Shown in pieces: positions 26,946 through 41,200 of a stretch of DNA of 64,000 bases. The notes beneath the pieces were generated by a model. The model was not told the DNA's origin. It made no database searches and saw only the letters and a list, made by a program, of their open reading frames with translations. A program made the translations under genes and the position numbers. Source of the stretch: the human T2T-CHM13v2.0 reference genome, Homo sapiens. Within the stretch, counting starts at the first letter, position 1. Each line of letters starts with the position of its first letter. The stretch is from the NCBI RefSeq assembly GCF_009914755.1, contig NC_060932.1; one strand, written 5' to 3'.

Positions 26946-27707
26946 AAGGATTTTTAAATAAAATACTTTTTTTGTTTTCTCTTACATGGTTATTTTTCAC
27001 AACTAAGTAATGTGTGAAATGGTGCAGCTAGTAAACAAAAGTACTTCCGAACATCTCAAGCAAAAACTGTCTTACTAAACTTCAGCTGCTAACTTTTCAC
27101 TGTGGCCACCTCTGTATACTACATTTACGTAAATTGATCTTCTTTCCCTTCTTCTACCTTGATTATCTTATGATGCTGGGGATTATTACTAACTTGATCC
27201 AAGATCAGGGTGTATGAGAAAAAATACTGGTACAATAAATGCAAAAAATATATCATTATTGAATAAAGGTTGCAACTATTGCTTATGAAATAAAATTACT
27301 TAGTCTTTTCTTTAATTACATATCAAATTAGTAATTTTATTTTCCAAGTTGTTGCTGCTAAAAATGTCTTAATAATATTGGTTTGGTTAAGTCTTAATTA
27401 TTTAGTTTTAATTTGGTAATAATTGTGGGTACACACAAATTACTTGCAGTATTGTTTTTAGTCTGATAATTTTGCTGCGTACTTATCTGTAACAGAATAA
27501 TGAATAGCACAATGGTAAATATTAGCAAATTTTTTAAATGCCCTATCATAGTGCATTTAAAAAATAATGACATAATTATTAATATAAATAATATGACTTC
27601 ATAATTACAACTGTCATGCTGAATATTATACAATTATTTTATTTCCGTTCGGGGATGTAATCTTGCATGAATGTTTGCCATACTGCATGTGTTTGCTTTT
27701 TATTCAG

Positions 27708-27847
27708 TCTTCTTGGATCCATTTTCCCAATGCCTCGTGTAATCTATGCTATGGCGGAGGATGGGTTGCTTTTCAAATGTCTAGCTCAAATCAATTCCAA
27801 AACGAAGACACCAATAATTGCTACTTTATCATCGGGTGCAGTGGCAG
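27708..27847 (+). CDS. SLC7A2: SLC7A2 mutually exclusive exon, CAT-2B (high-affinity) variant, 140 nt
   Basis: [47 protein letters not shown]; ttcag| acceptor, G|GTGAGA donor; E369; total CDS 1977 nt = 658 aa. Confidence 0.95.
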
Positions 27848-28093
27848 GTGAGAGAGAGTTGACTTTTCTTCAGAAACGGGGGATCTTTTTCATCAAGGAC
27901 TCTGCATTAAAAATACAAAGCTAGGTGGTTTTCTTTTTTGATTTCCAAGAAGTTCAGTCACTTTTTTGTGAGTGTTTCCTATTTTGAATTTTTTGGTTCT
28001 GCATTTTCGTGTGTCCAGTCTTTACCTGTCTATACCTGTCTAGAATAATCCTTAAAATAACTCATGTGTGGATTTTGAATTTTTCTGTTCTAG

Positions 28094-28230
28094 TCTTCTG
28101 GGCTCTATGTTTCCTTTACCCCGAATTCTGTTTGCCATGGCCCGGGATGGCTTACTGTTTAGATTTCTTGCCAGAGTGAGTAAGAGGCAGTCACCAGTTG
28201 CTGCCACGTTGACTGCAGGGGTCATTTCTG
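28094..28230 (+). CDS. SLC7A2: SLC7A2 mutually exclusive exon, CAT-2A (low-affinity) variant, 137 nt
   Basis: [46 protein letters not shown]; ttctag| acceptor, G|GTAAGC donor; R369 and one codon shorter (657 aa); paralogous to the preceding exon with the same phases. Confidence 0.95.
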
Positions 28231-29763
28231 GTAAGCTTTACAAACTTAGGTTTCTTGAGCATTAGACTGGAACATTTAATTCGCATGCATGGACTTATAA
28301 AGAGGGTCTGCATGCTGTGCATGTAAGTTAAAAAAAACAAAATCACTGATAAAAATTAGTATACAAGCATTGGGATTAACATGTGAAAATTGTGGTGGCG
28401 GTGGTATAATGAAGTTCATTCTTAATTGACCCTTTGGGATTTTTTTTTTACTGTTTTGTTATTTTAATCTTTTGGGCTCTAACAAATGTACAAAGGGTTA
28501 TAATAGCTCTTCACTAAATATTATGAATTGCTTTTCTGATGAACTAGCACACAAAATTATATTATTGATACATAAACTTCTGATTAAGGAATTCTTGCTT
28601 AATTTTTGAAATATTAATTTTAAAATAATGATTCAATTTTTTGGTCTAGGATATACGTCGAATATTGCTAAGGGACCATAGGGTAAATTAAGCTTTACCC
28701 ATTATTAATAAGAAATATTCAAGATGATTTATGCTTGGCCCTTGTGATCGCCATCCTCAGTATGGTGGGCATCCTTGCTTCCAGGGCCATCGCAGCCATC
28801 TAACAGTTAGGAACATACATATCCTCTCCAACTCCATCAGGAATCTATTTTTCCTTTCAACAGTTTTGGTACTTAAATTATGTTCAGAAAATCCAGATTG
28901 CTAGTCTTTTGGCACATCTTAATATCCATGTAAAATACCTTTGGCCAGATCCTTATCTCATGCAGAAAATTTCAGTGAGATTCTAGATCCAGACAATGGC
29001 CTTAAAGGTACTGTTACAGGAAGCAAAAGAAAGACTTTTGCAAGCTTTATACATAAAATAATGAACAATCTTGGCACTATAAATTCAAACCAAAATGACA
29101 ATTTCGTTGAGGCTCTGAATTGTTAGGAAATTAGCTTAGAAAAAGCTAGTGCTTCATTCTGTGTAAAATGGAATTTTTTTCAGGGTCAGAATGTATTTGT
29201 TTAAACACTTTCACTTTGTAAACATTTTCTTATAAATCTGGCCCTTTCTTAAACTATGTTAGAAGGTCAAGTCACTTATTTTCTCAGGCTTAGATTTCTG
29301 CCCCCCTAAAATGAAGGTTTGCCCAGATGATGTGAAGCCCATTTTATTTTTAAACAACACATGATATTAAAGGTAGTTTATAAATATTTTTTGACAAAGA
29401 GTCATACGTTTTATTTAACTCATAAAAAATTTTCTCTTTCCGGTAAAATACTTGCCAGTAATGATGCAGAATTTTTAAAAGCTTATCTTTCTCTATTCAG
29501 GAAGAATTTAATTTGGTGGCATGTTAAGATATTAAAATTAATAATTAAAAGAAGATAATTATAATAGACCACTTTTTAAAATGCTCTAAAATATTTTTGT
29601 GATTTTGTACTCCCATACCTTACTTTGCTTGTTCTTAACTTGGATCAGAGCGCTTGTGTGGACAACTTATCATTTTCTTCTCTCTTGGCTACCTTATTTG
29701 GCTCTCTGTGATTTTTAAGCATACCAAAATTGTAATAATCTGACGTATATGAGCAATGAAGAA

Positions 29764-30055
<292 letters not shown>

Positions 30056-30680
30056 AAAGAATTTTCAAAGTGAGGCACGCAGTGTGTTAAAAGAAACACT
30101 GTGATCTTGTAGAAGGAACATGGGGCTGTTGGATAAGGGGAACTCTGCCCCGACGGGTAGTCGTGGCCTTGCTAAGTTAGCCTATCTCTAAGATGGGGAT
30201 AATTCTGTTAGAAAAACCACTCACAATTGCTGAGTTTGGGGTCAAAAATTGTCAAATCCAGCCATTTTATATGCCTAAACATAAATGATTTCCCTTCTCA
30301 TAGGATCATTGACTCAAAGGTAAAATGAGATCACAGAGATTTAAATCTTGTAGAGGGATCTGAAACATCATATAAATGGAATGTGATGTTATCTACTTAC
30401 TATGACACAGAAAACTATATGCTAAATTCAAGTTAATATTGTCACTATTTTGATGTTTCAGTGGAGAAAACAGTTGCTTAGTGGAAGTTAAGCTATTTAA
30501 CTGTTTAAAGTATGTTTTGTCTCTTAGTATTTTGGGATTTGGTATGCAGGACCAGAAACTGATCTCTCAGATCTAGTAAGTCTACCTGGAATGCATGGCT
30601 TTAATCGTAGTAGAATTTAGTCTGTTTCATAAACATAATTTAATTGAAAGTTATTTTACTTTATTTTATCAGAATTACTA

Positions 30681-31007
<327 letters not shown>

Positions 31008-31442
31008 TCAGTGCATATGGAAACTAAAGTGGTTATATAATATCTATAATGAAAGCACCTTCTGTTTGAATGTTTTTTTGTGGTTTTAAAAAAGGAGCTA
31101 GCCAGTATTTCCTAGCAGTGTTTTTCTTCTGAAATATCAATGACAGTGTTCTGTCATGTAATGTTTTCACTCTTTGTCAGGCCAAATATTTTTTATGTAA
31201 TCCAAGTAGAATGCGCCTTGGATAGTTGCCAGAGAGCTGAGGGTTTTTGAAGTCCTATCAGCAGTTTATATGACCTAAAGAACATCTTATTAACTGTGAG
31301 AGATATATTTTCTACACTCTGGTTGACTTATCCTTGGTACTAAAACGAAGTGGCAGTCAGATGTCCCTGACTTGAACGTTAGTAACTGTATGGAATTTCC
31401 TCCTGGGCCGTTTACTTCACCGTTCTTTTCTTCTCCCCCTAG

Positions 31443-31545
31443 CTTTGATGGCCTTTCTGTTTGACCTGAAGGCGCTTGTGGACATGATGTCCATTGGCAC
31501 ACTCATGGCCTACTCTCTGGTGGCAGCCTGTGTTCTCATCCTCAG
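31443..31545 (+). CDS. SLC7A2: SLC7A2 coding exon (103 nt; not in ORF track)
   Basis: [35 protein letters not shown]; strong pyrimidine tract plus tag|, donor AG|GTGAGT. Confidence 0.97.
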
Positions 31546-32363
31546 GTGAGTCACCTGGTGGTTCTACAGGGTGTACCATGCACGAGGGACTCTGGGAGTG
31601 AGAAAATGAGCCCTCACTCTCCTGGCTTCCAGGGAGCCAGCAGTCTCACCAAGGTGAGAGGTCACATCTAACAAAATAGCAATGAAAAGTGGAAGAAGCG
31701 TATCTGGTCTTTAGCAAAGAATCAAATGCAAGTTGACCATGAGTGATAGGTTGGCCTGATCTACATGAAAGGCAATTTCTCATAATGTCTAACGACACTT
31801 AAAAATGCTGTGCTTTTTGTTCCATTGATTCAGTTGTAAAAATTTTTGTGCTAAAGATTTAATCAGAGGCACACACAGATGTATGTAAAGGATGTTTCTG
31901 GAAAAGGTAATTTACAATAGTGAAAAAATGAAACTAACCTGAATATCACTAGAGGAGTGGTTAAATAAATGAGGCTACATTTGTTCACTGAACTCTTCTA
32001 CAGCAAATAAAATGGTATTAATTTTATGGAGAAATATATCCATTTCAGGATATAAAACTATAGTTATATATAGTGTCTGAACTTATTTAAATAATAAATT
32101 TTCATGAAGAAATCATATATGCCGATATAGACATTATATGCCTGGATGAAATTGTACCAAAGTGCTAACAGTGATTAACACTGGCTGATGGTATTATGGC
32201 TGGTTTTGAATTTCTCCTGTATACTTTCATGTATTTTTTCTCAGTGAGCCTATTTCTTTATATGGAGGGAAAATATTATTTTCAAGGATAAGTAAAGGCT
32301 GCCAAGAAGGAGAAGAGGCTGCACTGAAAAGCCTGGGGCAGACACTAGGAGGAGAAGCAGGCT

Positions 32364-32910
<547 letters not shown>

Positions 32911-33475
32911 CGGCTGATGTCTTGATATAAGCTATACAGGAGGAGGATAAAATAATAAAGGAAAATGACATGCAATGGGTGTAGAAGTGGCAGGATGGTC
33001 AGATGAGCTTGTCTGGGTTTAGCTAGAAGAATCGGTAGGGAAGGATGAGGCCAGAAAGACAGATTGTGATGAGGCCTTTGAATGCCAAACTGGTGACTGC
33101 ATTATTTTATAGCTGAAATTTACCCAGAGCTTCTGTGCTGTTTTCATGAACCGCATTTCCTTTGGACATAGGTAATTTCAGAATAATCATTCTTTTTTCA
33201 TGATTGCCTTACTTTACAATTTCACTTTCTTGTGCCATCTATTGTATGACTCTGATTTGGTGACTACTGGGGGAAATTGGGGTATTTTGCTGCAGTTGTT
33301 TTATCGGAAAGGTTTGTGTCCTGGCTCAGCATGCTCTGGGACTGGAGTCATAAGTGTTGATTTACTCTACACACTATCACTCTGTATGATGTCTTACTTA
33401 AGGTTTTAGGTGCTGGTTTCACTTGGGCCAAATGTCTATTTGAGAATAAAGACATAGATGTTTGTTTGGAAATAG

Positions 33476-33681
33476 GTACCAGCCTGGCTTATCTTACGAC
33501 CAGCCCAAATGTTCTCCTGAGAAAGATGGTCTGGGATCGTCTCCCAGGGTAACCTCGAAGAGTGAGTCCCAGGTCACCATGCTGCAGAGACAGGGCTTCA
33601 GCATGCGGACCCTCTTCTGCCCCTCCCTTCTGCCAACACAGCAGTCAGCTTCTCTCGTGAGCTTTCTGGTAGGATTCCTAG
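33476..33681 (+). CDS. SLC7A2: SLC7A2 coding exon (206 nt)
   Basis: YQPGLSYDQPKCSPEKDG...ASLVSFLVGFL; aatag| acceptor (weak pyrimidine tract), G|GTAAGT donor. Confidence 0.95.
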
Positions 33682-34341
33682 GTAAGTCTTCTTCTCTGCT
33701 TACATTGTACAGACCCAGAAGATGTGTGTGAGTAGAGCTGGCATGATATGAAAGAGAAAAGAGGGCCTAACATTGCCCTAGAATATATTAGCAACCACCC
33801 TGAAATTTTCACCTAAAGCATCACCAGTGGTTGAGATCATCTTTATATTACCTGTATAAATTTATTGTATCTTGATAATTGAACAAAAGAGGAAGGAATA
33901 CTTCAAGACGAGAGTGACAGAAATACAAACTGGCACATTCATTAGAGGTTAGGATGCCCTCTGGGTGAAAGCATCAGGCCACGTACCCCTGCCAATAACC
34001 TGACTGGAACCCGATGGAATTGTCCAATAATATAGAAAATCCTTGTTTGTTTACCCACAGTTACGTAATCATTCATTCATATTTTCAATGACATTTATTG
34101 AACATTGCGTGTGTGTCAGGCACTCCACTGGGCACCTGGGATGCCAAGAGAGACGGTCCGTACTCTCACTGGCCTTTACAGGACAGGATAATTGGTGGCA
34201 AGTAGGGAAGCACAGGCTTCTCAGAGCAAATAGGAGTTGCCCCTAGAGCAGACTTGATGGTCAGAGATGGGGTGGTGATGTCATTCTCTAAAACAAGGAG
34301 AAAAGATGCAGATGATATATTATTTTTGCACATTAGCAGTC

Positions 34342-34698
34342 TGTATTAGTCTGTTCTCACACTGCTAGTAAAGACATACCCAAGACTGGGTAAATTATAA
34401 AGAAAAAGGTTTAATGGGCTTACAGTTCCACGTGGTTAGGGAGGCCTCACAGTCATGGTGGAAGGCGAAAGGCACATCTTAACATGGCAGCAGGGAAGAG
34501 AATGGTAACCAAGCAAAAGGGGTTTCTCCTTAGAAAACCATCAGATCTCGCTAGACTTATTCACTGCCATGAGAACAGTGTGGGGGAAACCGCTTACTGT
34601 TCAATTATCTTGCACTGGGTTCCTCCCATAACACATGGAAATTATGGGAGCCACAATTCAAAATGAGATTTGGGTGGGGACACAGCCAACTCATATCA
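34342..34698 (-). mobile_element. THE1 solo LTR
   Basis: tgtattagtctgttctcac ... ccaactcatatca; perfect 5-bp TSD cagtc. Confidence 0.92.
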
Positions 34699-35091
34699 CA
34701 GTCCATGTTTACGACAGCTTAAAATAACCAGATGTGCCATTTCCCATTTGAAAAAAGGGAAGTATCCAACCCCGACAGCATTCTAGTCTGAAAGTAACCA
34801 GTGAGGACACAGATGGCACGTGGGCAGATAATGCCAGTGAGTAACACTAGGAGGGGCGGTTGGTTCTAAGGAGGGGAGAGTAATGAGTAAATAAGCAATG
34901 GTTCTTAAATCCCTGCAACTGGACATCTCTCTCCTCAGTGAAAAAGAAGAAAGGGCAAGGCGAAGACTCTTTGTATTTAGCCAAGTAGATGTGTACAGAA
35001 GTCAGTGTTTTATCAGAATATGCTGTTTTGCACCAAGCAATCTGGGTGGAGCACAGTGTGCTGACTCTGTTATCTACACATCCCCCTGCAG

Positions 35092-35258
35092 CTTTCCTCG
35101 TGTTGGGCCTGAGTGTCTTGACCACTTACGGAGTTCATGCCATCACCAGGCTGGAGGCCTGGAGCCTCGCTCTCCTCGCGCTGTTTCTTGTTCTCTTCGT
35201 TGCCATCGTTCTCACCATCTGGAGGCAGCCCCAGAATCAGCAAAAAGTAGCCTTCATG
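35092..35258 (+). CDS. SLC7A2: SLC7A2 coding exon (167 nt)
   Basis: AFLVLGLSVLTTYGV...IWRQPQNQQKVAFM; cctgcag| acceptor, ATG|GTATGT donor. Confidence 0.97.
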
Positions 35259-35327
35259 GTATGTGTAATGAGGATTAGAGACCCAAAATACTGTATTCAT
35301 TTTCTCTGTATAATTAGTTTGGTAAGT

Positions 35328-35721
35328 ATTTTTTTTTTTTTTTTTGGAGATGGAATCTCTCTCTTTGTCACTCAGGCTGGAGTGCAATGGAGCGAAGTGA
35401 TCTTGGCTCACTGCAACTTTTGCCTCCCGGGTTCAAGCACTTCTCCTGCCTCAGACTCCCCAGTAGCTGGATCACAGGTGCACGCCACCACACTCAGCTA
35501 ATGTTTGTATTTTTAGAAGACATGGGATTTCACCATGTTAGCCAGGATGGTCTCGAACTCCTGACCTCAAATAATCCACCCACCTCTGCCTCCAAAAGTG
35601 CTGGGATTATATGTGTGAGCCACCGTGCCCTGCTTATTTTTGTATTTTTCTGGTGATAGGGTTTTGCTACATTGGCCAGGCCAGTCTCAAACTCCTGACC
35701 TCAGGTGATCCACCTGCCTCA
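35328..35721 (-). mobile_element. Alu plus an adjoining partial Alu (35634-35721)
   Basis: Reverse consensus followed by a second left-arm fragment. Confidence 0.85.
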
Positions 35722-35988
35722 ACAACTTCTAATGTGGTTAGCCAGTGAATGAGAGTGTCAGAATCCTTCGATATGTTCCTTTTTGTACAGAATTCCTTCT
35801 ACATTGGTCCTCTTACTGCCTTTTCAAACACTTGGGTATGTTCCTATCACAATATTATTATATATGATAGTAAACAAATTTCATGTTAAAGAAGCTATAA
35901 TATCAAAAAAGTAGGGTGAGTATTTTGTTTTTAGAAATTCACTGCCTTCTCATGAGAACTTTGTTCCTACCAAAAGCCTTTCCTCTTG

Positions 35989-36290
35989 GGCTGGGTGTGG
36001 TGCCTCACACCTGTAATCCCAGCACTTTGAAAGGCCAAGGCAGGAGGATTGCTTGAGGCCAGGAGTTCAAGTGTAGCCTGGGCAACATAGCGAGACCCCA
36101 TCTCTACAAAACAAACAAACAAATTAGCTGCGTGTAGTGGCTCATTCCTGTAGTCCTAGCTAGTCAGGAGGCTGAAGTGGGAGGATCACTGGAACCCAGG
36201 AGTTCAAGGCTGCAGTGAGCTATCATAGTATCACTGCACTCTAGCTTGGGTGACAGAGTGAGACACTGTCTCTAAAAATAAAATAAAACT
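35989..36290 (+). mobile_element. Alu (AluJ-like)
   Basis: Alu consensus. Confidence 0.9.
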
Positions 36291-36732
36291 AAATTGAACA
36301 TTAAAAAGATAAGCTCCTCCACTGCAAGTTAAACTATCCTGTCCCATTTGAGCTAACCGTATACTGGCTTGGGTTTGAAGAGGGCTTCCTGGGAGGATGT
36401 ACCTGGGATAACCATATGTATCCCACATTTCAGAGGTCTCCCCTTTGTGTGTCTAAATGAAATCAGTAAACCCCAAAGAAAGCTAAATCCTAAAACCAAT
36501 ATTATTTTGATTGTGCAGGTGTTACTGAATCTGATAAATCCCCTGGTGCCTTGAGCTTTAGTAAATACTCTAAGATGTGATTCTCCTTTTATGGTCTCTA
36601 GAAGCGTGGTTTTAACTGTGATTGACGTGGTGTGAAAGTATATATGCCAAATTAATTGCCACCCTGTTGAAATAACTTGGGGAATATGCTTCAAAATATG
36701 AGTATGTTCAAAAGGATTGTTTTCCCCCTCAG

Positions 36733-36841
36733 GTTCCATTCTTACCATTTTTGCCAGCGTTCAGCATCTTGGTGAACATTTACTTGATGGTCCAGTTAAG
36801 TGCAGACACTTGGGTCAGATTCAGCATTTGGATGGCAATTG
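36733..36841 (+). CDS. SLC7A2: SLC7A2 coding exon (109 nt; not in ORF track)
   Basis: [36 protein letters not shown]; ccctcag| acceptor, G|GTAGGT donor. Confidence 0.97.
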
Positions 36842-37607
36842 GTAGGTCTTTTAATGTCGGGTTCTCTTTCCTATTTCATGTGCTGTGATGAGAGAAACAC
36901 GCCCTCTCCCCCATCCTGGGAATAAAGGCTTTTTTTTCCCGCTTCTTTCTTTCCTAATTCTTAGGGATGTCCGAGTGCTTTTCCAGATGTTTTCAGATGC
37001 CTTTTTAAGTCAGTATCTCCCACTAACCCTGTAGAACCATGTAGGCTCTATTTCCTTCTACTTATGGGTGAAAAAAATGAAACCCAGAAAAAGTCATTTT
37101 ATATCAACCCAAAACTCACAACCAATTTTCTAAAATAGAACTAAAACAGCAAAATGCCTACATGTCTGCAGTGATCTTAGGAGGGTACTTAAAACGTTGC
37201 CTCCTGATCCCCACACAGTCAGTGTGGCTGTTAATAAACAGTTGCTTTGCATACAGTTCTTCGGACTCTCCTGGTGACAGTGACACGTGTAAAGCATGTC
37301 CGTGTCCTCTTTGTTAATACAGAGTGTACTTTGCAAAATATCTGATCTTGACTCTGATAACTCACCACTTGTATTTAGGGTATAATTTGAGACTTTATTC
37401 CACATATCATTTTGTTTAAAGTACAGTATTGACTTCTAAGAACATCAATTAAAATTTTTCCATATAAACATTGAAAAACTTGTTGAGAGCAAAATACAGT
37501 CTATAAAGTTTGGGTCTTCACAATAGAGAGGCACATTCTACCAGGAAAATATTGATCAAGGACACCTTCTGTGGGGTATCTTACATTTGCATTTCATTCT
37601 TCTAAAG

Positions 37608-37954
37608 CAGCGGTCCCCAACCTTTTTGGCACCAGGGACGGGTTTTGTGGAAGACAGTTTTTCCATGGACAGGGTGGGGGATGGTTTGGGGATGAAACTA
37701 TTCCACCTCAGATCATCAGGCATTAGTTAGATTCTCATAAGGAGCATGGAACCTAGATCCCTCACGTGTGCAGTCCCTTCTGTGAGAATCTAATGCTGCC
37801 CTGCTCTGACAGGAGGCAGAGCTCAGGTGGTAATGTTCACAATGGGGAGTGGCTGTAAATACACTGTAAATACTAGAGACTGCTTGCTCACTTCCTGTTG
37901 TGTGGCCTGGTTCCTAACAATAGTGGTCTGTGGCCCAGGGGTTGGTGACCCCCG
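37608..37954. mobile_element. MER1B-type hAT-Charlie DNA transposon
   Basis: TIRs cagcggtccccaacc / ggttggtgacccccg; perfect 8-bp TSD ttctaaag (37600-37607, 37955-37962). Confidence 0.9.
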
Positions 37955-38079
37955 TTCTAAAGTACTACAGAAAGGAAAGAGACAAACTCTATTAAGTTCT
38001 ACATTTTCCACCTCAATAACTTAAAAGTCATTTTCTGACATACCTGAAACATTGATTTTTTTTTTTCCTGCCCCAACAG

Positions 38080-38276
38080 GCTTCCTGATTTACTTTTCTT
38101 ATGGCATTAGACACAGCCTGGAGGGTCATCTGAGAGATGAAAACAATGAAGAAGATGCTTATCCAGACAACGTTCATGCAGCAGCAGAAGAAAAATCTGC
38201 CATTCAAGCAAATGACCATCACCCAAGAAATCTCAGTTCACCTTTCATATTCCATGAAAAGACAAGTGAATTCTAA
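38080..38276 (+). CDS. SLC7A2: SLC7A2 last coding exon to the stop codon
   Basis: GFLIYFSYGIRHSLEGHLRDENNEEDAY...HEKTSEF*; caacag| acceptor; TAA at 38274-38276 closes the frame exactly. Confidence 0.97.
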
Positions 38277-41200
38277 CACTTGCAGGAGCAGAGCTGGTCA
38301 TCGTCTTAGCATACATATCCTACACTGAGTAAACCGTAACGGGATGTCATCAGCATGCTGGGTTGTCATGGGTTTGCTGCATACATAGTTCACCCTAATT
38401 TATACTTACTCATCTGGACAGCATCTCCTCAGATGGTGAATTATGTGCACGGGGAAACCTCCTGAGTGGAAGTTTCATTCATCAGTGATGAATAGCCCCC
38501 AAACAGTGGGAGTGTGTATGTATGTGTGTATGTATGTATCTATGTATATGCTTGGGAACATGAGTGTTACAAGTTAGCTGGTGTTTTACTATTATTGTGT
38601 TACATTTTTCCAGTGTCGTCATTAATCGGTGGCATATACTGCACATACTGAAATAGAGGGAAATCACTGAATGTAAAGAGGTTTCATCTATGCCCCCTGC
38701 AGTTGGGGAAATACTAGTAGCTTTACCTTGTTTGACTTCATTAATGTCAGTTTAGGGGATGCCAAAAATGCAGTTACTCATCATGGTGTCTGTCACTGGT
38801 TAGGGGTAAGATGAGGGGATAAGGAAAGAGACTTTTCAATAAGTTGTGAATGCCAACAGTGGGTTTAATGCAAATTTTTTTTCCTGTGAGGTATGACAGT
38901 TTGCTCAAACTTCAGCCAACAGGGGTGTCTGCTTCTGCTGCACTACACAGGCCAGGAGTGGCATTCCATGCCACTAGTTGGCATCCTTTTGAACTTTTGT
39001 CTCCTTTGCAAACAGTGGTCCTAAAATACGAGGTCTTCACTTGCTGTGAATGACGTATCCCCAGTCAGGGACTTAAGAGAGGCACTGTGATATACTTGGG
39101 ACCCTTTAAATTAAAAAGTGAAGATAGTCACCAGGGCCAGAAAGCTCATGGAGTGGCCGTAATGAGAATATGTTTGAAGATCAAAGAGTTAGACCAATGC
39201 TTGAATAAGTAGACCCCAAGCATCCTTTTCTAAAAAGTGACTTAAAATAAGCCAACAGACTCTCCCAGACCACACAACTAGTGGAATGATTCCTCCTTTT
39301 TCCATTACTTACTTAATCACAGTTTAGTTTTTTTCTTAACCTCGTCAGGCCCAGAGTTCACTTCTTTGTTTCTCTGTTTCTTTTGTCTTGTCTTAGAGAT
39401 GAGGGGGCTACAGCAGCATCATGCAAAGAGGGAAAGATGAAGGGATAGAAGAAGAGAAAATCCCCCTGTTCTGATAGGAACGGCCTGTTCCATTGTTAAA
39501 TGGCAAATGGCCCAATTTAAGGGCTTTGGATCTAATTTGCCTCTGATGTTTCCTTTGGAAACATTTAGGAATATTTTTCTCCCCCTACCCCATAAATTGT
39601 GTAGCACTTTTTATTCCATTTGCTTTCAAATGACTACACTAAGCCTAATAATACAAGCTCCAGTGTTATACAATAACCCATCAGTGATTGGGGAATCAAA
39701 CATTTTGGTTTAAAAAACATGATTATTTAAAACTGGAAACTAAAAAGAATCAAATTGAATTAAAGCTATATAAACACAGTTAACCCTTGTAAATGAGTAA
39801 ACAAATTTTTACATGTAAGATTCTCTAATTGTCATATTTTACTTTTTAGGATTCCCTAATAGTGGACTGTTTATTTGCAGTGTATTTGCTTCTCATGAAC
39901 TATTTCTCGTACAAATCATTAAATAGTTCATTGGATGAGGCTGGGTGACATTTCCCAGGACAGCATGGTGAACATTACCAGGCATGCTAGCTGGCCCGTG
40001 TAATCCCAAGACAAGGAAAACATTCGTTTTCCTCATGGGTCTTCCAAGAAATGAGCTATTTTATTGATGCCATTAAAAAGCAAGTTGCGATGGTTTTGTA
40101 TAGCCAGGAGTTTATTGTGATTAAACATCAAAGAAACAGGTAGAAAGCCTGGGTTTCTGGCTGCTAGCGTTATAGCATCCATGACACAGAACTCATTACG
40201 GACATTCCACAACTTCCAGGGTGCACATGGTAAAATCTGAAGCCCAGAATTTTCTCTCAAGCTGCGTGGTTTACTGGAGAGAAGGAGTTGGATAAGCACA
40301 GGCTCGGGTATTTTGGTAGGGACTGTAGGCATGCTCATAAATCCTTGCTGTTGTCACAGTACGCTGAAAACCCGTTTGATTCTATACCCAATCAAGAATA
40401 GACCCTTCACACAGGAAATGTGAACAATTGTTATATATGAACACTCAAATCTTTTACTGTAACGAAACCAAGAAACTTGTTTAGAATGTGATAGGCAGCT
40501 AAAACTGTTATGCCCACTGTGCTCAATTTGAAGCAGAATTCAGTGAAAAATTATTTTTCCACATTGAAACACTTTGCAGACACAAATATCTATGAAAAGA
40601 TGCTTTGTCAGCCACTGTGCCTTTTTTTCTGTGAAGACTCAACGGATGTGTGTGTTTGTATGTTTGTTAACAGTTACATATGTTTGTATGAGTGTATATA
40701 TATATCTGTGTGTGTGTATCTCTAACGTCAGTGTATAAGTAAGTTGGGTTTATGGTGGGCTTTGACTATGTCATTAGGTGGGTACAAAACCCAACTGATG
40801 TGGAGAAAAATTGATGTTTGATGTTGATAGATATGCTTATACCTAATTTTTAGTTTTTAAACTATTTTAAAATATACTATGATTTTATATGTATATTTCC
40901 TATAGACTCTTTAAGATGTATTTATAATGTTTCTAATATGAAATCACTAAACTCTAGTACATTATAGCAGGTGCTTTGTAATCTGGAATGGAGAAGAGGT
41001 AGGGGCATTTGGGGATTCCTGTTTACTTGCTGCTGCCACACCTTTTCCGACTGATCTGTCCTGGTAGGTGTTTATTAGCAAAAGTCAGTATCACCAGCTC
41101 TTTGGCACCTTTCTGTTTCTGCTTGTGAATTCATAATGTTTTCAACTAAATTTTTTTTTTACTTTCTCAGAATTACCTAAATGTTTTGTAGAGTTTTGAC

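Noticed and set aside
27708-28230. Idea that the second exon copy is a pseudo-exon or part of a duplicated gene
   Set aside because: Both copies have intact splice sites and frames and match the known CAT-2A/2B isoforms
38453-38476. Small hairpin gaaacctcc-tgagt-ggaagtttc in the 3' UTR
   Set aside because: Lacks the CAGUGN loop and bulged C of an IRE; short stems arise by chance
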